Origin: Octopus sinensis
Taxonomy: Eukaryota
Assembly: GCF_006345805.1 (NCBI RefSeq)
Contig: NC_043008.1
Span: 52,762,001 to 52,826,000, forward strand
Length of the DNA stretch: 64,000 nt
Direction of reading: 5' to 3'
Shown: positions 39,951 to 53,820 of the stretch, piece by piece
Layout: every line of letters starts with the position of its first letter
Numbering within the stretch: the stretch's first letter is position 1
Notes under the pieces: model-generated
What the model was told of the DNA's origin: nothing
The model's database searches: none
Seen by the model: only the letters and a program-made list of their open reading frames with translations
Translations under genes and position numbers: made by a program

Positions 39951-40857
39951 CTGTAGTGGTGGTAAGATCTAATATTCACAGGATTCTAAGGGAAAAGGGT
40001 AAAGAATGACTAAGATTTGAGGGTTCTGTGAAAATTAATTATTCTTCTGTTCTTTTACATGTTTGTCATTGGACAGTTACCATGCTGGGGGTACCACCTT
40101 GAAGGGTTTAGTCAATCAAATTCACCTCAGGACAGGACCAATTTGAAGTCTGGTACTTATTCTGTTAGTCTGTTTTTGTTGAGCTGCTAAGTTACAGCGA
40201 TACCAGTTATCAAATGGGGAGAGACAAACACAAAGATGCACTAACACAAGCACATACACATAACATAATTATACACACACACACACATAAGTATGTATGT
40301 ATATACAATCATTGCCATCATTTTAATATAAACTTTCCCATATATGCACCTGATTTGAGGGAGATTTGACTGCTATTTCTTGCAAGTCATGCGACTGTAT
40401 AGAGGTTTACTGATTGGCTCAGGTCTTTGGTGTTGTTGTATTCAACCTGTTTCTAAGGGTATCAGAAGAGTAAAGGTAATGGTTACAGGTAAGAATTGAA
40501 CCTGGGTTTCCAGTTTCATTGACTAAGAATTTCCCTTCCATTCTATGCCACATACAAATACACATTCTGATTCCTTATTTAGGTACAAGGACACCAATTC
40601 ACAAAAGCGAACAGCAAGACTGTTCGATATTCTTGACTTCCTCAAATGTGTTACAAATGAAAATCAAGTAAAAATGGCTTCAAACAGAAATCACACACTG
40701 CATTGCGGACTTGGTTTGCCAGCTGAGGCTCCATAATGCTCCCACCCTCACCAACAACACCAATGCATATACATTTATTAAACAGTCTCAGAAGTGCAGT
40801 ACAACCCGACCCAGAGACTGCAAGTTGTAGCTGACTATCCTAATAATTGTACGCATC

Positions 40858-40910
<53 letters not shown>

Positions 40911-41759
40911 TATATAAAACACTTTTATAATGAAAAATAAAAACAATAAAAATTTAAATTGTATTGAACTTTTCGATTTTTTCCCTGTCTCTCTCTCTCT
41001 CTCTCCTTCTCTCTCTCTCCTCTCTCTCTCCTTCTCTCTCTCTCCTTCTCTCTCTCTCTTTCTGTCTCACTTGTACAAATGCATGAGTTTAGCTAATTCA
41101 AAGATTAAAAAGATTAATCTTTTTATTTGCTGTGTTCGGTTTCACTGTCTACAACAAAGAACAATCAGTTTATCGGGGAAAAAAAAAGAAGAAAAAAAAG
41201 AAGAAAATTAAATAAAATAATTCATAAAAGAACCTACCCACCCCTCAAAAAAAAATGCATGCAATAAAAAAAAAAAGCAAGAATTAAAGGACAGCAGGAA
41301 GGAAGGAAGGAAGGAAACAAGCAAGCAGCAGTAAAAAGAGACCATTAACAGAAAATATGAAAGCAGTCTAGATGAGGCTGGTTTACAAACAATCTCCACT
41401 ACACATGATTCTACCACACCATACTACAGGACAGGACAGATCAGCAATGGTGCAATGCAGATAAGTTGCCAATAATACAAAGAGAGGAAACAGTGAGGTG
41501 ATTGGTCAATGAAACTGAGTAGAAATAACTTTTATATAACCTGAACTGTTTAGCACCCTGCTCCGCCAAAAAAAATTGATTGTTAGTTTTAACGAAAATC
41601 ACTTCCCTTATATTTGAATATTTATATAAAACAGAATAAACATTGACTGGCCTAAATATGTAAATACTATGGGACTCCTGTAGTCTTACCATTAGATTTT
41701 GTTAAAGAAAAACCCACCAAACACATAAATTATTGCATTGGAATGTTTGCTGAAAATGG

Positions 41760-42130
41760 TATACGTATTGCTGTGGTAAGGGACTTGCTTCTCAACCACA
41801 TGGTTCTGAGTTCATTCCCACTGCATGGCACCTTGGGTAAGCGTCTTCTGCTACAGCCTCGGGCCAACCAAAGCCTTGTGGGTGGATTTGATAGATGGAA
41901 ACTGAAAGAAGCCCATCGTATATACATGTGTGTGTGCCTCCCACCCACTCTTGATAACCAGTGTTGGTGTTTATGACCCCAGAACTTAGTGGTTCAGCAA
42001 AAGAGACCAATAGAATAAGTAACATACTTTTAAAAAATATAAGTCCTGGGGTCGACTTTTTTAAAAATAAAAACCCTTTAAGGTGGTGCCCCAGCATGGC
42101 CACAGTCAAAATTACTGCAAAAAGTAAAAG
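41760..42130 (+). mobile_element. SINE family A, older copy
   Basis: gctgtggtaag head to ggtgccccagcatggccacagtc end. Confidence 0.75.
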
Positions 42131-42296
42131 AGATATATATATATATATAATCTTAGCGCTGGCACCTTGGGCAAGTGTTTTCTTCTATAGCCTTGTGTCA
42201 ACCATAGCTTTGGTAGACAGAATCTGAAAGAAGCTCATCATTTATATCTATACACAAACACGTTATATATATGTCTATTTTCATAAAGCTTCCCGT

Positions 42297-42340
<44 letters not shown>

Positions 42341-43139
42341 TGGTTCAAAATTATATGAAAAACTAAAGACAGAGAGAGAGTTGAAGGAACAATAAACATA
42401 CATATATAGTTTTAATTTCAAGTTTTATTTAGATAGCATATGACTAAGAAAATCTGGTCATGAAATGAAAATAATTCTATTTTGATGTTCTTCAAAAATT
42501 CTTTTAATCCTCACCCACCAAACAGATAAGAGAAAAATTTTCAGATAAAACAGTTCTGATATATTTTTTATCTCTCTCTAAACTGTTTCCTAATTCCAAA
42601 GAATTCTCAATAGCTATTTGTTTCTTTCAAACTGTCTGACAACTTTTAGATAGTGCTTCCACTATCAATAAAGCTTTCAAAAAGCAAACAAAATTTAGAT
42701 TTTCAACCAAACTTTACAGACATCATTAGCTTCTTTGTTTCTTTCATTCTTTTTTCTTTTTCATAAATTAATTATCTTCCTTTTTATTAAGAAATTTCAA
42801 ATATATGGCTCCTTAATATTATTTGGCTTTCTTAGACTTTGAATAATCTTCAGCTTGCTTGCTAAACTTTGCTAATATAATCTTCCACTTTGTTTCCTAA
42901 ATTTTCTTATAATCTTCAGCTTATTTTCTAAACCATCTTTAATCTTTAGCTTATTAACCCTTGCTAATAAACTACTCACTTGTTAAGCCTTGCTAACAGT
43001 CTTGTTCGCAAAGCTTTCTTAATCTTGTTTACCCAGCCTTCTTAATTTTCCTATTGTTTGTTAAACCTTGCTAATAACCTTCCTCTTTTTTGCTAATAAT
43101 CTTTAGTTTATTTGCTAAACCTTAATAACTGTCAATTGG

Positions 43140-43445
43140 TTTGCTAAACTTTGCTAATAACCTTCCTCTAGTTTGCTAAGCATTGCTAATAATCTGCCCC
43201 TTGTTTGCTAAGCCTTGCTAATAATCTGCCTCTTGTTTGCTAAGCCTTGCTAATAATCTGCCTCTTGTTTGCTAAGCCTTGCTAATAATCTGCCTCTTGT
43301 TTGCTAAGCCTTGCTAATAATCTGCCTCTTGTTTGCTAAGCCTTGCTAATAATCTGCCTCATGTTTGCTAAGCCTTGCTTATCATCTGCCTCTTGTTTGC
43401 TAAGCCTTGCTTATCATCTGCCTCTTGTTTGCTAAGCCTTGCAAA
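43140..43445. repeat. 32-bp minisatellite
   Basis: Unit ttgtttgctaagccttgctaataatctgcctc, about 8-9 copies, with degenerate flanks 42840-43620. Confidence 0.9.
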
Positions 43446-44325
43446 TGGTCTGTTTCTTTGCCAAGCCTGAGATTGCTTCCTAAGTTTTGCTAATGAGCTC
43501 CAACTAATGACCTCTAGCTCATTTGCAAAGCCTTCCAGAAATTCTTCCTCCTGTTTGCTAAATCTTGTACATAATAATCAGCTTATTTGCTAATAATCTT
43601 TGGCTGGTTTACTAAGCCATGTTAAGAACTTTCCTTCTGTCTGCAAGGTCTTAATAATCCTAAGCTTTTTTAGGAAAACTGGGTAATAACCATTAGGCTT
43701 CCCAAGTTCTTGAGTGAAACTGGTAAATGGAGCACTGAAAGTTAATGAAACATCAATTTTACCCATCCATCTCCTCCACAGCAAGACACCTATTTCTGTC
43801 CCTCTATCATACCCCTCATCATCCGGCACAAAGCCACTTCTTTCAATACTACTCCCTCCTCTCAGTTGAGAGGGTCTTTGATTTGCAAGTTACTTACTGA
43901 CCTCACTAGGGCCGATGCTACATAAAAACCACCCAGTAATTCCATAAAGAACTTAATGTTAGGAAAGGCATGCCACCATAGAAACCATGCCAATGTAGAT
44001 AGTAGAGCTTAATGAACACACATTTGTGTGTGTGCTCATGCATGTATGCATGTTTGTCTTCTACCACTGTTTGACAACGGGTATTGGTTTATTTACATCT
44101 CCATAACTTAGCAGTTTGATAAAAAGAGATTTTAAAAAAAGAGACCAATAAATTAAGCACTAGTCTTAAAAAAACAAAAAAACATTATTGGGATCAATTT
44201 GTTTGACTAAAATCCTTCAAGTTGGTGCTTCAGCATGATCAAAGCCCAATAACACTAGTAAAAAAGAAATGATATTATTCTTGAATGTAACAATGTAGGG
44301 AAAAAACAAAAGCTGAACAACAATA

Positions 44326-44515
44326 CTGTATTTTCCAAAACAAAAGTTTGAAATTTTCAGACCAAAATTTATAGCCCCCCGCCCCCCAAAAAAGGGAGGT
44401 CAATTCATACAACCAAGATGACTTTGGAATACTAAAAACGTAGAATTTTAGAAAGCTAGTAGTGTTTGAATGTTTATACTGTATACTTTGTCAACTTATA
44501 TGCAGGAAAATATGG
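44326..44515. mobile_element. Tc2-like MITE, degraded
   Basis: ctgtattttcc ... ggaaaatatgg termini; body matches 29786-30300. Confidence 0.65.
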
Positions 44516-45884
44516 CAAACCAAACCAATAAGGGAGCTTTTATGAAACTGATAGACCAGCTTGAACAAGCAGCTAAATACCCTTCAAACTCCTCTTCACC
44601 TTTAAAATTATAAAAATAATGTAAAAGAAAAATGGATGGAAGAATTCAATTTGGATAACAGTCTTGATGCACAGCCTGAAGTGAGATGGGGTGTCACGGA
44701 TGTTCCAATCAAAGATTTTGAAAGTTAGGGGGTCGCCTAGGACTTAACTAAAATAAAAGGAAGAGATATGACTCAATGAAGACTCATCAGGTGCATGATG
44801 GGAAATATGTTTCTTTCTCTGCTTGTTTTATTTTTAATTTTCCTTCCTGTTAAGTAAAGAAAATACATGTATAACTTCCCATACCCTCACCAAACAAACA
44901 AAACAAAACAATTAGCTAATGAACAAATGGCTACAAAGCTGTTAATTATTCTTAACCCCCCCTCCACACACACATCCATCCATATGTACAGACACACACA
45001 CAGGCACATAGCTACATGCACACACATGTACCAATAGAGGTAGAGTTGGTTTCAATCAGTTAATTCATCTGTAGTTAAGAATAAAATGCTTAATTAACAA
45101 TTGTGCTAATGAAATTAAACTTATATCATTTAATAATGATATCATTAAGAAATAAAACCTATAATCACTTAACTGTTTATTAACTTTTAACTATTGTTTC
45201 ATTAGAAATGTGTGTGTGTGTGTTTGTGTACACACACACAGTCGGTGGTCAACAAGTAGACCAACTCTACAGAGCTTCTTTCATCAGGATTGCTCTCCCC
45301 CCGCCGTTTTACTTCTTGCTTTTTTTTTTTCTTCTTCTTCTGCTCCTTTCAGTTTCTCCTAGTCTATCTTCCTCTCTTTTTCCATAATCCCCAAAAAAGG
45401 GCAATATCTGGAACATAGTAAGGCCATTTACCTTTTCCTGTCAAGGATCAAGCTGATAACATTGATCCCGAGCTTATCTCAACTTGCTTTGTTTGTGTGC
45501 AGACAGACAAACATAGATATTTCTTTCACAGTGATTTCAACAAAATATCAGATGGTTTGAATGAGCCACAGACCCCAAAAAGAGACTTCAAAGTCACTGT
45601 TGAGAAAAATAGTATATATAGAGTAAAATTGCTTATAATCACTCATAATGTTTATCAACTGCTTATTGTTATCAAAATCAATGGGTTGCAAACTCTTTAT
45701 TTGCTTAAAGTCATCAACTGATTGTTGTTGTTGTCAGCAAAAAAAGGCCGTCTCAAAAGTGATTTCAATAAATGACTTTCATCAGGTGTATGTGTTTATA
45801 CATCCCATACATATATATATATATATACACACACACATATGAAGTGGGTTATACAAACATATACACACATACATGGTGCAACAT

Positions 45885-45900
45885 ATACATATATATATAC

Positions 45901-45931
<31 letters not shown>

Positions 45932-46310
45932 TATATACATATACACTTATATACACATATATACATATACACATATACATATACACATATATACATATAC
46001 ACATATATACATATACACATATATACATATATACATATATACATATACACATATATACATATACACATATATACATATACACATACACATATATATACAT
46101 ATACACATATATATACATATACACATATATATACATATACACATATATATATACATATACACATATATATATACATATACACATATATATATACATATAC
46201 ACATATATATACATATACACATATATATACATATACACATATATATATACATATACACATATATACATATACACATATATATACATATACACATATATAT
46301 ACATATACAC

Positions 46311-46359
<49 letters not shown>

Positions 46360-46624
46360 CATATATATACATATACACATATATATATATATATACATAT
46401 ATATACATATACACATATATATACATATACACATATATATACATATACACATATATATATATATATACATATATATACATATACACATATATATATATAT
46501 ACATATATATACATATACACATATATATATATATACATATATATACATATACACATATATATATACACATATATATACATATATATATATATACACATAT
46601 ATATATACACATATATATATACAC

Positions 46625-46645
<21 letters not shown>
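45885..46645. repeat. Long compound (TA)n/(TACA)n microsatellite
   Basis: Continuous atatacacatatatac-type repeats; source of the six YI/YT/VY-rich ORFs. Confidence 0.95.
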
Positions 46646-46655
<10 letters not shown>

Positions 46656-47362
46656 AACACATTATATAAAATAATGATAATTATAATCAATTTATCGTGC
46701 TGTGCTGTGTGTGTTCTTGTATATGTCCACACGCATGCAGTGACTAAGTTGTAATATGGTAAACAATGAAGTTGAATTAGTTTACATGGTTGTATTAAGA
46801 GAGAGAGAGAGAGAGGTAATAAGAGGGAGAAGGGGGTGATTCAATCAGCATTAACTGCAAAAATACTGGGGATAAAGGAGGTGGCAGGATAAAAGATGGA
46901 TTTTATTAACCAGAATCATGTCGGTCGGTCATATTGAAGGGAAGGAGAGCCAAAGGAGAGCAGTACATTCATCATTGACCAGTGAAAGGGAGAGGCAGAA
47001 GTGGTGAAGGGACGCCGGTAGGGGCAGTTTGAAATGTATACAGAACAGGCAGGTATAAGAGAATAGGAATAAATTAAATGTTGACTACTGCATGATGGAG
47101 AAAGGGTGGGCCCGAGGAGTAGGTTTAGTATTGACCTAACAAGGTGTGGGAGACTGAAGTAGTGGTAGTATTGACTAAGGAGGTGATAAGGTGTGAGTGT
47201 CAGCTGGAGATTAGAATCAATATTAATCAGGGGAAGTGAGATGTTGTGGCATAGTATTGATTAGTGAAAGGCAAGAGTAGTGGGGAGAGGGTACATTATG
47301 CTGAGTCCCCGTAGGGACCATTGTGCTGTTATACAGCTACAACTGTAGAGCTTTGTATAGTG

Positions 47363-47580
47363 CAGTGGTTTTCAACCAGGGTTCTGCGGAACCTTAGGGT
47401 TCCGCCAGTACAGTCCAGGGGTTCCGCAAGAAGTTACAAAACTGCTAAAATCAGCAGTAATTTTTAATTCCCCTGTGCAAATATGTGTGCATAAGACTAT
47501 TAAATTATTGCACAGGGGTTCCTCGAGCCAGTGGAATGTTTCCTTGGGTTCTGCTCCAGCAAAAAGTTTGCAAAGCACTG
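47363..47580. mobile_element. hAT MITE, same family
   Basis: Same TIRs; 8-bp TSD gtatagtg (47355-47362 / 47581-47588). Confidence 0.9.
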
Positions 47581-47987
47581 GTATAGTGTACCCACTTTGA
47601 TATCTTCATGCTGGTGCCATGTTAAAAGTACCCATGCAGGCGCCACATACAAAAGAACCCCTATCAGTGTCATGTAAAAAAATGCACCCATGTAGGAACC
47701 ACATGGAAGAATCCCATGTTGACACCATGTAAAAAAAAAGTACCCGTGCTGGTGCCATGTAAAAAGCAGCCGTGCTGGCATCACATAAAAGACACCCATG
47801 CTGATACTACATAAGAAAGCAGCCATACCAACACCACATAAAAAAGATTCAACAGGATGTGGCAAGGTACAGAGCTACATCAGGCCCCAATTGTCTGTTT
47901 CAGCAGGGTTTCAACAGCTGGATGCCTTTCCTAATGCCAACCACTTTACAGAATGTTCTGGGTGCTTTTTACGTGGCACCAGCATGG

Positions 47988-48545
47988 ATGACTTCTATGT
48001 GGGACCAGTACAGATGGCTTCTATGTGGGTCCAGTACAGATGGCTTCTATATGGGCCCAGTACAGAGGGCTTCTATGTGGGACCAGTACAGATGGCTTCT
48101 ATGAGGGACCAGTACAGATGGCTTCTATGAGAGACCAGTACAGATGGCTTCTATGTGGGTCCAGTACAGATGGTTTCTATGAGGGACCAGTACAGATGGT
48201 TTCTATGAGGGACCAGCATGGGTGGCTTCTATGTGGGACCAGCATGGGTGGCTTCTATGTGGGTCCAGTACAGATGGCTTCTATGTGGGTCCAGTACAGA
48301 TGGCTTCTATGTGGGTCCAGTACAGATGGCTTCTATGTGGGTCCAGTACAGATGGCTTCTATGTGGGTCCAGTACAGATGGCTTCTATGTGGGTCCAGTA
48401 CAGATGGCTTCTATGTGGGCCCAGTACAGATGCTTCTATGGGCCCAGTACAGATGGCTTCTATGTGGGCCCAGTACAGATGCTTCTATGGGCCCAGTACA
48501 GAGGGCTTCTATGTGGGACCAGTACAGATGGCTTGTATGTGGGAC
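47988..48545. repeat. 26-bp minisatellite inside an RTE 3' fragment
   Basis: Unit gggtccagtacagatggcttctatgt, about 21 copies. Confidence 0.9.
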
Positions 48546-49218
48546 TAGCACAGGTGCTTTTTTATGTGGTGCCAGCACAAGAGATATGTTGGAGCATGGA
48601 GAGAGTGTGGATAGGTACATGAGGTAGAGTGGAGGGGCTGGCTTTTTTTCAGTTTTTATCTGTCAAATCTAGTCTGGCCAAAAAAAGGAACAAGCAGAGA
48701 GACCGAACCCAAAACCAGGTGGCTGAGAAGCAAACTTCTCAATCACACAGCCATGATTGTGCGTTGTATATATTTTTATATGACAAGCTTCCATATACTT
48801 TCCACCTGCCAATATCAACAGCAATACATTGGTCAGATTGAGACTAATATAGGAGACCCTTACCTAAGGTGCTATGCTGTGAGATTGAACCTGAAGCCTA
48901 GTGGTTGCAAAGCAAACTTCTTAACAATACAGCCATGATTTATAATATTCAGTTTGCTAGGATTTGATCATAGAGTGTTGCAGTGTTTTACAACACCTAG
49001 TTTTTGAACTCAAAACTAGACTAAATACTGAAGAATTCATGTAGATTGTTGAACAAATGGGCAATGACTCTATGACTTTGTGAAGGTACACGTGCAAGAA
49101 TACAGAGGAATATGCATAGTTATGCTGATTCTCTAATTTTGGCACCAAATCAGTATCAGCCCAGAGAAAGAAGTACAGTAAGCAGGCAACAGTAACAATG
49201 ATAATGATTATGATAGTA

Positions 49219-49467
49219 ACGGTGATAACGAATGACGGTGATAACGAATGACGGTGATAACGAATGACGGTGATAACGATGACGGTGATAACGATGACGG
49301 TGATAATGATGACGGTGATAACGATGACGGTGATAACGATGACGGTGATAACGAATGACGGTGATAACAAATCACGGTGATAACAAATCACGGTGATAAC
49401 AAATCACGGTGATAACAAATGACGGTGATAACGAATGACAGTGATAATGATGACCGTGATAATGATG
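49219..49467. repeat. 15/16-bp minisatellite
   Basis: Unit acggtgataacga(a)tg. Confidence 0.9.
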
Positions 49468-50187
49468 ATAAAGCTATTTTTTATGCATGTGTAGGCATGT
49501 GTAAGAACAATTTCAAATAAAAAGTAACAAAAAAAAAGTATCAATTTGTTGAAGTAAAAAATGAATTTAAGCAAACAGCAGTTCTAAAGATGAACTAATA
49601 GTGCACTTGAGATAATGTACTAATGGCATACATTAAAAGTATACTAATGAAAAGTTGGCAACAAATATAAAAGATACAAGTTTGGACTTGTTGCATAAGC
49701 CTTCAGACTAGACACTACTATATTATACATGTATACACACACAATGTTTATATATACATATGTAAATGTATGTATGTATATGTATCTGTTTGTAGGTATA
49801 CATACATGCACAAATTGAAACAAACCTGTCTCCTTTCCACACAGATATCAAGAAAAATTCTTTCAAATTTAGGCAGAAGACTTGAAATTTCAGGCAATAA
49901 AGCTAGTCGATTATACTGATTCTCATACTTAAATGGTACTTTATTTTATTAACCCTGGAGGGATGAATGGTAAATTTGAGTTTAATAGGATTTGAATTCA
50001 GAGCATAATATAGTAAGCTATTCTGTCTGATATTCAAATGATCCTCTCAATCCACCATTCCAATAATTGTAACAATGATTACAAATTTTGGCATAAGGCC
50101 ATAAAATTTTAAGGGAAGGGGTATGTTGATTATGTTGAGGTCAGTGATCAACTGGTACTTACTTCATCAACCCCGAAAGGATGAAAG

Positions 50188-50420
50188 TCAGACCGGGCGG
50201 TGTGTGTGTTTATGAGCGAAACACCTAAGCTCCACGCAGCACCGGCAGAAGGTAATGGCGAACTTCTGCCGACTCTTTCGCAACAACTTTCTCTCACTCT
50301 TTCCTCCTGCATCGTGCAGCTCACCTGCGATGGACCAGCATCCTGTCCAGGTGGGGAACCTATATGCCAAGGAAACCGGGAAACCGGCCCTAATGAGCCA
50401 GGTGTGGCTCAAGAAAGAGC
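50188..50420 (+). mobile_element. 5'-truncated SINE family G
   Basis: Matches about 25728-25960; abuts a family B fragment. Confidence 0.8.
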
Positions 50421-50568
50421 AAACATCATCATCAATACAGTACTTGTCAACTATTAGGAATGACTGATGTAATCAACTGATTGATGCTACTACCTCTATG
50501 GCTTCTTCAAGCATATGACTATAGATCAGAACCTCAAATAGTTGTTGTCGGTGTTGCTTGCATTTTAA

Positions 50569-51205
50569 CCCTTTCATCACCAAATTTCTGTTGAAATATG
50601 CTGACTTCATTTGATGATCATTTAGTGTCCGCTTCCCATGCTGGCAAGGGTTACATGGTTTGAGGGGAACCAGCAAGCCAGAGAACTGTACCAGGTTCCA
50701 GCCTGATTTGGCATGGTTTCTACAGCTGGTTGCTCTTCCTAATGCCAGAGTGTAGTAGGTGCCTATTACATGTGACTGGCATGGGTGCCTTTTATGTGTC
50801 ACCAGCACCGGCCACGACTACAATTTCACTTGGCTTGATGAGTCTTCACAAGCACGGTAAATCACCAAAGGTCCCATAAATTTGGAAAATAATGACAAAT
50901 TTACTGAAATAACTGTCATTAATCTGGTGTTTGGATAATAAATAAACATAAAATTTTGATGGAACATTTTAATTTAAATTACTAACTTTTTTGTTACCAC
51001 ATCTCTGTTGAACTACACAAACTTTGTTACAATTAAATTTGAAATTAAAGAACAATTTAGTAAAATAACTTTGTTGTCATTAACCTGGGCATTTGGAATA
51101 TAAACAAACATGCAATTTTGATGGAAGATTTTAATTTAGACCACTTTAACACAAATTTATATCATAGAACTGGAGACAATCACAGATGGGTTGATATCAA
51201 AAGGG
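50569..51205. mobile_element. Two tandem family F MITEs, the first split by an RTE fragment
   Basis: ttaa|ccctttcatcacc ... tcaaaaggg|ttaa, with an internal restart near 50985. Confidence 0.65.
50610..50872 (-). mobile_element. Degraded RTE 3' fragment inside a piggyBac-like MITE
   Basis: Diverged match to the RTE 3' UTR. Confidence 0.7.
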
Positions 51206-51717
51206 TTAAAGATAAATGAGAGTGTCAATTCCCGGTGGACACAGTATTCCTATAAAGAGCAGTTGCTCCGTGTTTTAGTAGTTTTGAAAGACATAATGAT
51301 GGAACAATTTCATTGAAATTCCTCTAATTAATGGGATATGTGGCATGTCCATTAGATATGGTATCCACTAATGCAAGTTGGCAGAAGAAGCAATAAAGCC
51401 AATCTAGTTTGTCAGCTCCTTTCAAATGTGCGTCAGGTGTGAAACACTGAATGTAACAACAGCAGCAGCAGCAAGGATAATAGCTGTATCATTGAGTGAG
51501 AACAAATAGCTGCATCTAGCATGTATGCATACATGTGCATGTGTGTGCATGAATGCGTATGTGTGTGCGTGTTTTGAAGCAATTTAACACAATAAGTATT
51601 TTTTACTTTCACTTTCTAAAATTGTTTTATTTCTGATGCGATTTAGCTATGCCCATTACATATGAATATATAAAACAATTTTTATAAACATATGTATATA
51701 TTTTTTCTGTTATTTTT

Positions 51718-51914
51718 TCTTTTATTTGTTTCAGTCATTTGACTGTGGCCATGCTGGAGCACCGCCTTTAGTCAAGCAAATCGACCCCAGGACTTATTCT
51801 TTGTAAGCCTAGCACTTATTCTATCGGTCTCTTTTGCTGAACCGCTAAGTTATGGGGACGTAAACACACCAACATCGGTTGTTAAGAGATGTTGGGGTGG
51901 GGGGACAAACAAAG

Positions 51915-51949
<35 letters not shown>

Positions 51950-52129
51950 CGCACATATATATACACGACAGGCTTCTTTCAGTTTCCGTCTACCAAATCC
52001 ACTCACAAGGCTTTGGTCGGCCCGATGCTATACGAGAAGACACTTGCCCAAGGTGCCACACAGTGGGACTGAACCTGGAACCATGTGGTTGGTAAGACAG
52101 CTACTTAACACAGATCCGCTCCTGTGCCT
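51718..52129 (-). mobile_element. SINE family A
   Basis: Same head, body and tail with more substitutions. Confidence 0.85.
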
Positions 52130-52584
52130 ATAGATAAAACAATTTTATGAAAATATATATATATAGTTTCATATAGTTTCATATGGAAGAAAGAGGACTG
52201 ATAAAAAGCAAAGAGTGTGTGTGTGTGCTTCCATTTTATTTCTTTTACACTTTAACATAAACACACACATGCACTCACTCATTCTACCCCATTCCAACTT
52301 CACTCTTCCTATTAAATGTTTCTATCCATTTTTCTTGTGAGCAGATGTGTGTATCACACAGACATACAAATATCCTTGCTTTCATAATGACCAATTGGGT
52401 GGAGGTAACATACATTGGAGAGAAAAGGAGAGAAGGGTGGGAGAAACTGGCTAGAATTATGAAGCATTAAGAAAGGAAAAATACAGAAAAAGTAACAAAT
52501 AATAAACAATCCTATAAAACATAAACAGCAACATTGATACTCGACTTCAGTATAAAGCATGTTAATAATAATAATAATAATAAT

Positions 52585-53820
52585 AATAATCCGTTCTACT
52601 AAAGGCACAAGGCCTGAAATTTATGGAGGTGGGTATGTTAGTTACACTGACCCCAGCGTTCAACTGGTACTTATTTTATCAACCCCAAAAAGATGAAAGG
52701 CAAAGTAGACCTCGGCAGAATTTGAACTCAGAATATAGCAACAGGCAAAATACCTCTAAGCATTTTGTCCACTACACTAACGATTCTGTCAGCTCACCAC
52801 CTTAATTAATAATAATAATAATAATCCTTTCTACTAAAGGCACAAGGCCTGAAATTTTAGGGGAGAGGACTAGTTGATTACATTGACCCCCAGTGTTTCA
52901 CTGGTACTTAATTTATCAACCCTGAAGGGATGAAAGACAAAGTTGACATCCCTGGGATTTGAACTCAGAACGTAAAGACAGACGAAATACTGCTAAGCAT
53001 TTCACCCAACATGCTAACAATTCAGCCAGCTCACCACCTTAATAATAATAATGGTTGCAAATTTTAACACAAGTTCGGTAATTTTAAAGAGAAGGGATCA
53101 AGTTGATTATATTGATATTAATACTTATTTTCTCAACCCTGGAAGAAATAATAAGAAAAAGAACCCTTTCTAGTATAGACAAAAGGCCTGAAATTTTGGA
53201 GGAGGGGGTTAATGAATTACATCAATCCCAGTCCTCAAATGAGGACTTATTTTATTGACCACAAGACAATATAAGGCAAAGTTGACCTCAGCTGAATTTG
53301 AACCCAGAACAAAGAACCAGATAAAATGCCGCTAAACATTTGGTCCAGAATGCTAATGATTCTCCCAGCTCACTGCCTTAATAAATAATAATTATTTCTA
53401 CTATAGGCACAAAGCCTGAAATATCAGAGGAGAGAGTAAGTTCATTACATCGGCCCCAGTACTTATTTTATCAACCCCAAATGTATTAACCCTTTTGTTA
53501 CCAACCCAGCTAAAATCGCCTCTGGCTCTGTAGTACAAATGTCTTGTTTTCATAAGTTTTGAATTAAAATCTTCCACCAAACCTTAGTCACAGTTTATGT
53601 TCCTAATGCTAGCTTGATGATAACTAAGTTATTTTACTAAATTCTTTGTTATATTTAAAATAACTGAAAAAAAAACACAGCATCTCAAAATAAATACTGT
53701 AATGAAAGAGTTAAAAGCAAAGTTGACCTCAGCAGAATTTGAACTCGGAACATAAAGGCATGAAATATGTCTATGCATTTTGTCCAGCATGCTAATGATT
53801 CTGCCAGCTCACTGTCTTGA
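52585..53820 (-). mobile_element. Head-to-tail array of about 5 degraded family-B-related SINEs
   Basis: Same units joined by (AAT)n; the last copy is split by a TTAA MITE. Confidence 0.75.
53490..53710. mobile_element. piggyBac-like TTAA MITE (family F)
   Basis: ttaa|cccttttgttac ... gtaatgaaagag|ttaa; splits a family B SINE. Confidence 0.8.

Noticed and set aside
45772-46754. Six long ORFs (261-300 aa)
   Set aside because: Translations of a TA/CA microsatellite; no stops because of repeat composition.
46850-47330. Purine-rich stretch resembling a decayed LINE
   Set aside because: No frame gave a recognisable RT or endonuclease motif.
47988-48545. CRISPR-like array
   Set aside because: Contiguous tandem units without unique spacers in a eukaryotic context.
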